Shown: positions 9,602 through 18,132 of the stretch, piece after piece
Layout of the letters: each line of letters begins with the position of its first letter
Numbering within the stretch: position 1 is the stretch's first letter
Origin: Candidatus Babeliales bacterium
Lineage (GTDB): Bacteria > Babelota > Babeliae > Babelales > JBFXEV01
NCBI GenBank assembly: GCA_050179755.1
Contig: JBFXEV010000001.1
Coordinates: forward strand, 265,994-329,993
Reading direction: 5' to 3'
Length of the DNA stretch: 64,000 nt
Program-made: the position numbers and the translations under genes
The notes under the pieces: generated by a model
The model's database searches: none
The model's input: only the letters and a program-made list of their open reading frames with translations
What the model was told of the DNA's origin: nothing

Positions 9602-10813
9602 TTGGTGAAGATGCTTTACGTAAGCCTGATATGCCTTGCATTCTATGCACATACATGCAACGCAATGCTTAGTAAGCGTAAAGCATCTGTACCACAACCT
9701 ACTGAAGTTGCGCCCACTGTGCAGCTGCATCCTGCAGATGATCCACTCACCCGGCAATTACGGAAAGTATTGTGCCGCGAGCCTGATTATTTTTCACAAG
9801 AAGATGATGATTATCAAGAAGACGATGCAAATGAACCGGCATTGCAAATGGTAAGTGATACTCCCACCGTGATTGCAAGCCCGCCTCTTAGAGAGACATG
9901 CGATGCGTCACCTTTCTCTGGCCAAACATCGCCCTATAATTTTGGATCACCCACCGCGCAATCGCCAGCGCCAATTGCAGCGCCAATACAACGCGCAAGG
10001 ATACCGCGCAGTTTATCGGCAAGTACATTGCATAGCTCTACAAACTCACTTAGTGATAAAGTGAAAGATCTTGTGCGGCAATCAGGATGCAAAGCATGCA
10101 CCGAGACCTATCACGGCAGAAATGAACTTGGCCTTGCAGTTGAATGGCTTGCAACATTACCAGCAGAACAAATCCAATTTAGGGGCGGCAACTTAGACGC
10201 ACGTCAAGAAGAACAATTACTTGGTTTATTAAGATCTCTTTCAAAATCAGTTACAACAAATAGTAGGACTGATGATGATACTGAAAAAATATTCGTAGAT
10301 CTTAGTATACTCAATTATTTGCCGCAATTAGCTATTGCAGCACCAACACCGCATACACCGGAACCAAAACCAGAAGTATCTCTTGCAGAACTTAATGCGC
10401 GCCATTTGTTTACAATAGAGCCTGCAAATATTCTTTTAAAGAAAGATGGTCAAGTACAATCAACAACTTTGGCGCAAAAAACACTCGCACGAGATTTTAT
10501 ATTGCAAGCTCTCCATGCTATTTCTGTAAAAGAAGATGGCAATTTGATAACTCTCTATATTGATCTTGATCACATGCCAAAAGATACCAAAGTGCCCGGA
10601 ACACCACCCACAAAAAGTATTAGGCGAACAACTAAAAACGGAGACAACCTTCCATTGGTGACAACATCTGAATCAACAAGAACACATATACCCACAAGCG
10701 CGCCAAAAGCTGTGCCGCAAACTAATTTGATTGCGCACTACGCGCCGAGCGTGCTCAAAGGGGCCAGCCTAATTGCGCTTGGTTATTTATTTGCACAGTT
10801 CATGCATAAATAA
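9602..10813 (+). CDS. Hypothetical secreted Ser/Pro-rich protein with C-terminal TM tail
   Basis: Signal CNA|ML, long low-complexity region, tail GASLIALGYLFAQFMHK; start could be 9605 or 9611. Confidence 0.78.
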   Translation: MVKMLYVSLICLAFYAHTCNAMLSKRKASVPQPTEVAPTVQLHPADDPLTRQLRKVLCREPDYFSQEDDDYQEDDANEPALQMVSDTPTVIASPPLRETCDASPFSGQTSPYNFGSPTAQSPAPIAAPIQRARIPRSLSASTLHSSTNSLSDKVKDLVRQSGCKACTETYHGRNELGLAVEWLATLPAEQIQFRGGNLDARQEEQLLGLLRSLSKSVTTNSRTDDDTEKIFVDLSILNYLPQLAIAAPTPHTPEPKPEVSLAELNARHLFTIEPANILLKKDGQVQSTTLAQKTLARDFILQALHAISVKEDGNLITLYIDLDHMPKDTKVPGTPPTKSIRRTTKNGDNLPLVTTSESTRTHIPTSAPKAVPQTNLIAHYAPSVLKGASLIALGYLFAQFMHK

Positions 10814-10900
10814 ACTTTATTATAAAAGCCCAATTATTGCCTTTACCTTTTGCAGTTATTTACACTAAAAGTAACTTGTCTTAGGAAATAAAGGGCTTAT

Positions 10901-11188
10901 ATGAAGAAACTAATTTTTGCTGTATTTTGTGCATGCACAGTCATTAATCACGCAAGTTCAATGGATAAAACTCAGCAAATCATGAGCACAAATTACACTC
11001 CACTAGAAAAAGATACGCCAGTTATTGTTCTGGATGCAAATATACTTGCAGCAGCACGTGACCACAGGCAAGCTCGGTTACTTATTGCCCGGCAAACAGC
11101 AACCAATTTTGCCACAATACTCGGTGGCGTTGAAACACTCATTAAAGAAATGCGTGCAGAAAATCAGCGCCATGAAGTTGCTGAATAA
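10901..11188 (+). CDS. Small hypothetical secreted protein
   Basis: MKK signal peptide ASS|MD; purine-rich RBS. Confidence 0.72.
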   Translation: MKKLIFAVFCACTVINHASSMDKTQQIMSTNYTPLEKDTPVIVLDANILAAARDHRQARLLIARQTATNFATILGGVETLIKEMRAENQRHEVAE

Positions 11189-11252
11189 AAAAATCTAAAT
11201 TATACTCATGCACAGATTGTATTCACGTAACCTTAAATCTACAGGGTCTAAT

Positions 11253-12440
11253 ATGCTCTACAAAAAGGTTGTTTTCTATACTACCATCTCTCTTATTGCA
11301 CAGCATCCATTTGCTGTATCGGCAATGGATAGTCACTCAGAAAAAGAAATTGCGAGCAGAAACGCTGCCACCCTGTTTTCATTATATCTTAACCTCAATC
11401 AGCCCCGCGCTGCATCATCATCTATTACTCGCTCTCAAAGCGATCTTAAGCTTATAAACGCTGCAAAGCTCAATGACCTTGGAGAAGTACTTAGAAGTCT
11501 ACAGTTACATGCTACAATGAACCCTCAAGGCGCAGATACAACGGCACTTATTGAAGCCTGTAAGCATAAGGATAATAATGAAGATTTAGTAGCATTTTTA
11601 CTCTTAAATGGCGCAGACCCCAACCTGGTTGATGCACAGGGGCGCGCTCCGCTGCATTTTGCAGCCCTCTCTAATCATACAACAGTACTTGATAAACTTA
11701 AAAAAGCAGGCGCTAAGCTAGATGCTCAGGATGCCGAAGGCAATACGCCCTGCCACGTGGCGTCACGCAACCAAGTGATCAATGCATACTACTGGCTTTC
11801 TGAGTCAGGAGCAAATTTGAATGTAAGAAATAGAAGAGGATTAACGCCTTTGCATGAAGCTGTGCTCGGCACATGCATCTGCTCATATGCAGGATTGCCC
11901 AAATGCGGCGCAAGCCTTGCTGTAACATCTCATGCGTCTGAATTACCCCAGGCACCATTGCCTGCAGGATCAACAGTTTTCCACGCATCAGTAACTATAC
12001 CTATATTTAATAAAACCATGCAAAGATCTTTTATTGCACAAAGCTTATTCCCTGACGATCTCGCTCAAATTATAACTGGCCTATTGAAGTCACCAAACAA
12101 AGAAATGGCAAAAATTGGGCAAAGCGCTTTACAAGAAAGAGCGGCAAATTTGCAAGAAATACTGCGTAAACAGGATGCAAATGGTCATACAGCATACATG
12201 AAAGAAACAAGCTATAATGCAAATAATGTGCCATCACCTGATACGTTTCTGGACCCTGCAGCGTATGAGTTGCATTTTGAACCATTTGTAGCAGCACTAA
12301 GAACTAATACAATGCATACTTTACCTCAAAACAACGTATTTAAAGTAGCTTATGAACACGCGCTGCCTAAACCGGAAGAGAAGAAAACTTTAGGGGCTGC
12401 AGTAGTTAGCGCTGTAAGCGATAATTGCGTTATTTGCTAA
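11253..12440 (+). CDS. Secreted ankyrin-repeat protein with C-terminal CaaX (CVIC)
   Basis: Ankyrin repeats (GRAPLHFAA, GNTPCHVA, GLTPLHEAV); signal VSA|MD; ends C-V-I-C-stop; start re-assigned to 11253. Confidence 0.85.
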   Translation: MLYKKVVFYTTISLIAQHPFAVSAMDSHSEKEIASRNAATLFSLYLNLNQPRAASSSITRSQSDLKLINAAKLNDLGEVLRSLQLHATMNPQGADTTALIEACKHKDNNEDLVAFLLLNGADPNLVDAQGRAPLHFAALSNHTTVLDKLKKAGAKLDAQDAEGNTPCHVASRNQVINAYYWLSESGANLNVRNRRGLTPLHEAVLGTCICSYAGLPKCGASLAVTSHASELPQAPLPAGSTVFHASVTIPIFNKTMQRSFIAQSLFPDDLAQIITGLLKSPNKEMAKIGQSALQERAANLQEILRKQDANGHTAYMKETSYNANNVPSPDTFLDPAAYELHFEPFVAALRTNTMHTLPQNNVFKVAYEHALPKPEEKKTLGAAVVSAVSDNCVIC

Positions 12441-12450
12441 GAATCATAAG

Positions 12451-12484
12451 AATAAGACGTGCAACAAAGTATGCACGCCTTATT
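12451..12484. terminator. Hairpin after the ankyrin gene
   Basis: aataagacgtgca / tgcacgccttatt. Confidence 0.5.
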
Positions 12485-12505
12485 AGTTCTTATAAGTATT
12501 AGTTT

Positions 12506-12562
12506 GGCGGTATTGAAACGCTCATTAAAAAAATGCGAGAAGAAAATCAAAAAAACCAATAA
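12506..12562 (+). pseudogene. Fragment duplicating the 3' end of the 10901-11188 gene
   Basis: 37/44 nt identical to 11123-11166; reads GGIETLIKKMREENQ versus GGVETLIKEMRAENQ. Confidence 0.7.
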
Positions 12563-12579
12563 GCTCAATAAAAATTGGC

Positions 12580-13059
12580 TTACTTGGTTAATCTTCTGTT
12601 AGTCCGATATTGCATCAGTAGATCACGCATCTCTGGTTTACTCCATACGTGTGTTGCCTCTATCGGCGTATAGCGTTGGCCAGTTGATTGGCCAATAAAA
12701 CTAGTAGCCGCATCGGGTGAGCAACCAGCATTAAGGCATATAAGCGCATCATCAACCGAGTTATTGCGCACTGCCATGAGTAATCTGTCTGGCAATACTG
12801 TTTTGCATTCAACTCTTTCTTGTGCTTCCAAAACGCCTTCAACATTGGTTGAAGTCCTTATCACTTTCTCTAATTGCGCTTGGTCAGATGATAGCAAATA
12901 CTTGCCTAAGGCAACACCTGCTGCCATAGTGCCAACTATAAATACCGGCGGTGATTGCAATACACTGGTGAGACTATGATCATCCATTGCCTTGAGAGAT
13001 TGCAATGGCATGCAGATATTCATTATTACTAAACCAGATAGCGCAAGATGTTTTTTCAT
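12580..13059 (-). CDS. Secreted protein with TM helix and degenerate ankyrin-like repeat
   Basis: MKKHL signal LKA|MD, TM FIVGTMAAGVALG, LLMAVRNNSVDDALICLNAGCSPD; start re-assigned to 13059. Confidence 0.68.
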   Translation of the reverse strand: MKKHLALSGLVIMNICMPLQSLKAMDDHSLTSVLQSPPVFIVGTMAAGVALGKYLLSSDQAQLEKVIRTSTNVEGVLEAQERVECKTVLPDRLLMAVRNNSVDDALICLNAGCSPDAATSFIGQSTGQRYTPIEATHVWSKPEMRDLLMQYRTNRRLTK

Positions 13060-13195
13060 ATAATGCTCATGTAAGTTAAAATGGTGAATCACACGCTCTA
13101 TTACATATCTGTAAGAGTATACCTTTTTATTCACGCAAAACAAATTGGCTTTTTAAAACAGTTTAATTTCAACTTGATAACGCAAAACATAACGG

Positions 13196-14443
13196 CTATT
13201 TCTTTAAATAACTCACTAATGCATCTTGCGCCACACGTTCCTCCGTGCTCTTTTGCATATTCTTAACTGTCACCATGCGGTCTTGCTGCTCCTGCTCACC
13301 AATCAAAATAACATACGCTGCGCCAAGCTTATCCGCTTTACGCAATCTACTTTTAAGTGATCCATCAAATAATACTTCTGTGCATATTTTTGCTGCATAG
13401 AGTTCATCGGCAAGAAGCAATGCAAGCCCTTGCTGCGGTGCATCAAGCGGAATAATCACGTTAAGCGCTGGCAGTTGCGGCAACGGCAAGCGATCAATAA
13501 TTGGTTCCAGTAAGAGCATTAAGCGCTCAATGCCAAATGCTGCACCAAGCGACGGTTGATCTTCTTTGGCACCAAGTTCTTTTGCAAGTGAATCATATCT
13601 CCCGCCCCCACAAAATGCATTCTGCGCGCCCAAATTGCCCGAGACAAATTCAAATACTGTTTTGCCATAATAATCAAGACCTCGCACGAGGGACGGTTTA
13701 ATTGAATAGGCAACAGAAAGTAAATTTAAATTACGTTGTAATTCTTGCCATTCAGTGTTACATGTTGAGCAAAGATGATCAAGAAGTACTGGTGCTTGCG
13801 TATACAGTTCTTGGCATACCGGGTTTTTGCAATCAAATACGCGCAAGATATTTTTTTCTTTGCGTAACGTACAGTTTGCACAGAGCTTATCTTGCACCGT
13901 ATTTAAAAATGTATAGAGCGTTTGTTTAAAACGATCACGGTCACCATGACAGCCCAAAAAGTTAATAATAAGCGCATACGAATCAAGCATAAATGTTTCA
14001 GAAAACAACCTATCAAGCATAGTAAGAAATTGCGCGTCTTGCGCTACTGCGTTGGAACCAATAACTTCTAAGGTTATTTGGTTAAATTGGCGGTAACGCC
14101 CTTTCTGTGGCCGCTCATAGCGGAACATTGGCCCACATGAAAATACCTTCCATGGCGTGGTGCTCACGCCATTCTCAATAAAAGCGCGTACAATAGGCGC
14201 GGTGCCTTCTGGGCGCAAGCAAATGCGATCTTTATCTTCTGCTGCTTCAAGCAAAAACATTTCTTTAGAAACTACATCTGTTTGCTCACCCAGCGAACGT
14301 ACAAATAAATCTAAAGGTTCAATGATAGGGGTTGCAATTTCATGGAAATGATAATACTGTGCATGGGTGCGCACCGTACTGACTATATAGTTAAATAACG
14401 TCATATCCAGGAAATCTTGGGTCCCTTTAACTTTTTGTATCAT
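13196..14443 (-). CDS. hisS: Histidine--tRNA ligase
   Basis: LRPEGTA, FRYERPQKGRYRQF, LVRGLDYY, GGGRYD, AFGIERL. Confidence 0.97.
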   Translation of the reverse strand: MIQKVKGTQDFLDMTLFNYIVSTVRTHAQYYHFHEIATPIIEPLDLFVRSLGEQTDVVSKEMFLLEAAEDKDRICLRPEGTAPIVRAFIENGVSTTPWKVFSCGPMFRYERPQKGRYRQFNQITLEVIGSNAVAQDAQFLTMLDRLFSETFMLDSYALIINFLGCHGDRDRFKQTLYTFLNTVQDKLCANCTLRKEKNILRVFDCKNPVCQELYTQAPVLLDHLCSTCNTEWQELQRNLNLLSVAYSIKPSLVRGLDYYGKTVFEFVSGNLGAQNAFCGGGRYDSLAKELGAKEDQPSLGAAFGIERLMLLLEPIIDRLPLPQLPALNVIIPLDAPQQGLALLLADELYAAKICTEVLFDGSLKSRLRKADKLGAAYVILIGEQEQQDRMVTVKNMQKSTEERVAQDALVSYLKK

Positions 14444-14543
14444 TGTATCCTTTATACTATTTTTTTAGGTTCCAGTTGCCGTAGCAAATAAAGTGTATAA
14501 ATTAAGTATATACAATTCATACATTCTTAAAAAGGAGAAATCG

Positions 14544-16103
14544 GTGAAACCACAACTACGTATCTTGCTTGTATGCCTTACTGCTGCATGCACCCTGCAT
14601 GCACGCAGAGATGCTACTTTGGGCGATGACTCATTTGGTCAAACGTTTTTTACCATTCGCCCAGAATTCCAAACTCCTTTTCCTGAAAAAACTAGCTTAG
14701 TACGTGATAGAACCCTTGCGCGCTGTGAAGGCATTGAAGGAGCGTTCCAAGTAGTGCCGCTTGGTGGCAGATCGGCAAAAGCTGGCGACCTCATGAAATA
14801 TTTTTCACCCTATCCCAAAACAGAATTAATTGTAGATTCGCTACCCCCTGGCACTGATCAGACTGATATTGATCGTGATATTAATCCCGTGCATTTTGGC
14901 ATTCGCTATACGGCAAACGGGCAAGTTACCGGCACGCCAGCGCGCTATCGAACCACGCTTAAAATACGCCCTCAGCGCAGTGTTGGTGGCATAGGCTTTA
15001 CGTATAAACAATATATTGGCAGAAAGTGCAATCCTTGCAAAAAATGGTTTATAGAAGTTTCTGGGCCCGTGCTTTTTGTGCGCAACAAAGTAAATATCAC
15101 GGAGACAAACACGCAAGTCACCGGGTTTCCTGTCCCCGGTAGTGCTACTGACATGACGCAAGCATTTATGGGCAACTTGCCTGTGTTTACCATTCCTGCA
15201 AACACCAATACACCAATGCTCTACGGCAAAATTAATGATAACAGTAGCGATGGCATGAAAGATGTAGGATTTGATGTAGAAATTAAATTTGGTGTTGACA
15301 CTATCATGTCTGAGTGCTTTCATTTTGATGGTTATTTTGGGTTACACGTTCCTGGCAGCACCCGGCCCAAGGGCGAATATCTATTTGAAGCAATCGCGGG
15401 GTTTAACCAACATTTTGGATTTATGATTGGTGGAGCAACTGCAGTGCAAGTTTGGCAGGATTGTGATCGCAGCCTTACTTGGGAGATTGAATCGGTAAGC
15501 CAATATTTTGTGCATAACGTGCAAGTGCGTTCATTTGACTTAATCAACCGCGCATGGAGCAGATACATGCTTGTTCGTGATGCCTCCGGAGTTATTGTGC
15601 CTGGCATCAACGTGTTTACTCGCCAAATGAAAGTAAATCCGCGCTTTAGCTTTGATGTGAACACTGGTATTGTTTATAACATTGAAGGCAAATTCCAAGG
15701 TGAATTCGGGTATAACTTATACGCACGTCAAGGAGAGCGCGTGCGATTAGTTGATAGATTTCCCAGCGGACTTGCAACAGTTGGTTTTAATGACGTAACG
15801 TTATTACCCGATCCTACTACCATCACAAGAAAATCTGATATTGGCGATAATGGTGAAAATTTACCCGCACCAGGTCAACCAGGAGCACTACCAAATGAAA
15901 CAATCTTTGAACATAATTTAAATTTGCTTTCAGCTTCACACCCTGCAGCACTTTCTAATTTGGTATATTTTTCACTTGGCTATCAATGGGATAACTTAAA
16001 CTTTCCTGTGTGTGCAGGGCTTGGCGCTTCATATGAAATTTCGGGGAAAAATACAGCGCTAACTCGTTGGCTTGTTTGGGGTAAATTCTGCGTGTCGGTA
16101 TAA
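14544..16103 (+). CDS. Orphan outer-membrane beta-barrel-like protein, paralog 1
   Basis: AAGGAG RBS before GTG 14544, signal peptide, amphipathic strands, C-terminal WLVWGKFCVSV. Confidence 0.7.
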   Translation: MKPQLRILLVCLTAACTLHARRDATLGDDSFGQTFFTIRPEFQTPFPEKTSLVRDRTLARCEGIEGAFQVVPLGGRSAKAGDLMKYFSPYPKTELIVDSLPPGTDQTDIDRDINPVHFGIRYTANGQVTGTPARYRTTLKIRPQRSVGGIGFTYKQYIGRKCNPCKKWFIEVSGPVLFVRNKVNITETNTQVTGFPVPGSATDMTQAFMGNLPVFTIPANTNTPMLYGKINDNSSDGMKDVGFDVEIKFGVDTIMSECFHFDGYFGLHVPGSTRPKGEYLFEAIAGFNQHFGFMIGGATAVQVWQDCDRSLTWEIESVSQYFVHNVQVRSFDLINRAWSRYMLVRDASGVIVPGINVFTRQMKVNPRFSFDVNTGIVYNIEGKFQGEFGYNLYARQGERVRLVDRFPSGLATVGFNDVTLLPDPTTITRKSDIGDNGENLPAPGQPGALPNETIFEHNLNLLSASHPAALSNLVYFSLGYQWDNLNFPVCAGLGASYEISGKNTALTRWLVWGKFCVSV

Positions 16104-16123
16104 TAAAAATAAAGGCTGAAACA

Positions 16124-17674
16124 GTGAAAAAATATTACCTACTATGTGTTCCACTTCTTTTCACGTATGTGATTACTACTAAAGCTGCATGTGCAAATGA
16201 TGAATTTGGGCATACCTTTTTTTCAGTACGCCCAGAATATCAATCTGAATTTCCCATAAAAAATAGTTTACTGCGCAATCGCGCAAAAGTTCGTTGCGAA
16301 GATGGTGTGGATGCCGCATTTGAAGTAGTGCCCTATTATGGCCAGTCAAATAAAGGCGATAACCTCATGAAGTTTTTTGGACCAAGTGCCAAAACAGAAT
16401 TAGTTGTTGATTCAAATCCACCAATCGCAGGCCAGACCGGTATTGATCGTGATATTAACCCCATTCATTTTGGGATACATTATACGCTTGATGGTACATT
16501 AAATGGTGCTCCCGGGCGCTATAAAAGTACTATTCAATTTTTGCCTGAGCGTACCGTATTTGGCGTTGGCTTAACCTACCGCCAATACTTTGGTAGACCA
16601 GCAAGCACTTGTGATAAACAATGGTATTGGGAATTTTCAGCACCAGTTCTTCACGTGCGCAACAAGGTTAATTTAACCGAAGTGTGTGATTGCGCAGTAC
16701 GCCGAGGATTCCCTGCTCCTGATAGTCCAGTGAACATGATAGAAGCATTTTCGGGAACACATCGATTTCTCACCACAAATGAAACAATGAACTTTGGTTT
16801 GATTAATGATACTAGCAGCGAAGGCATGAAAAAAACTGGTGCAGAAATTGAACTAAAACTTGGTTACGATTTTTATAACACGCAACAATTACTGTTTGAT
16901 ATGTATATTGGCCTTATGGCACCCATTAATAGAATACCGAGTGGCGTACAATTATTTGAAGCAGTTCCTGGATATAACAGGCATTTTGGCCTAATGTTTG
17001 GTATGGGCACTGGCGTATTATTATGGCGTAACGATGATCATATGATTAGTTGGATAATTGAAACTAATTTTCGCTATCTCATTAAAAATACACAAACACG
17101 TTCTTTTGATTTAATTGCACGGCCTTGGAGCAGATACATGATTGTGCGTAATCCAAATGGCACGTTTAGCCCAGGCATAAATCTTTTTACACAACCTATG
17201 AAAGTGCAACCGCGTGGTAGCTTTGATATGAACATTGGCTTTGTGTATGATACGCGTGCGGGCATAGAATTTGAACTTGGTTATAACTTTTATGCACGGC
17301 AAGCAGAGAAAGTGTGCTTAGTTGATGATTTTCCCACTGGTTATCAAACAGTAGGATTTAATCCAGTTACGTTACGCCCTGATACCAACATAATTACCAT
17401 CACGAGCAATATTGCAAGTAACGGTTGCCCGCTACCAGCGCCAGGACAACCAGGTTTTATTCCCGGATCAACAATAACTGAGCAAGATTTAAATTTACTT
17501 TCTGCAAGCCATCCTGCATATACAGCAAATCAAATATATCTTTCTCTTGGATCTATTTGGAATATGTATGAAAATCCGCTTGTTGTAGGTTTTGGTGCAT
17601 CATATGAATTTTCAGGCAAAAATACAGCTCTCAATCGATGGCTTGTATGGGGAAAATTTGTTATCTCTATCTAG
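16124..17674 (+). CDS. Orphan outer-membrane beta-barrel-like protein, paralog 2
   Basis: Shares FFSVRPE, DRDINPIHFGI, RPWSRYM, SGKNTALNRWLVWGKF with its neighbours. Confidence 0.7.
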   Translation: MKKYYLLCVPLLFTYVITTKAACANDEFGHTFFSVRPEYQSEFPIKNSLLRNRAKVRCEDGVDAAFEVVPYYGQSNKGDNLMKFFGPSAKTELVVDSNPPIAGQTGIDRDINPIHFGIHYTLDGTLNGAPGRYKSTIQFLPERTVFGVGLTYRQYFGRPASTCDKQWYWEFSAPVLHVRNKVNLTEVCDCAVRRGFPAPDSPVNMIEAFSGTHRFLTTNETMNFGLINDTSSEGMKKTGAEIELKLGYDFYNTQQLLFDMYIGLMAPINRIPSGVQLFEAVPGYNRHFGLMFGMGTGVLLWRNDDHMISWIIETNFRYLIKNTQTRSFDLIARPWSRYMIVRNPNGTFSPGINLFTQPMKVQPRGSFDMNIGFVYDTRAGIEFELGYNFYARQAEKVCLVDDFPTGYQTVGFNPVTLRPDTNIITITSNIASNGCPLPAPGQPGFIPGSTITEQDLNLLSASHPAYTANQIYLSLGSIWNMYENPLVVGFGASYEFSGKNTALNRWLVWGKFVISI

Positions 17675-18132
17675 AAAGCTTTATACAAAGGCTCTTGATT
17701 CAAATGAGCCAGCAGGGTGTAGCATTTTAAAAAATTTGATAGTATTATACTTATAGAATGCATCACCTTGAAGCGGTGATGTAAAAAAATTGGTGAGGCA
17801 AGTCTAAAAAAACATTAAAAAAAACAACCTCACAAATTGTGCTAATTGCATGGTATAACACTGCTAATTTTAATTGAATTAACAACATTTTTTTAAATTA
17901 CAGGATAGCACGTTCAAAAAAGTTTTGTTATTTTTTTATCAAATAATTGACTTAGAGCTGTTAAATATGATAGAAAAATTATAGATGGAATGATGTAGAA
18001 AATTTAGTGATTAGTAAAGGAGGATACTTTTAAAAATTAAACCAGGTATAGTCACACCTGAATAAACGTGCTAATTAATTTTATGTAGGTTTGTGAAGTG
18101 GTATCTTATAATTACATTAAAAGGAGGAGCTT

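Noticed and set aside
14841..15664. Antisense ORFs of 110-160 aa, with similar ones opposite secA, ftsZ, ftsQ-like, gspJ and the 27268 gene
   Set aside because: Shadow frames of well-supported genes with no motifs or RBS.
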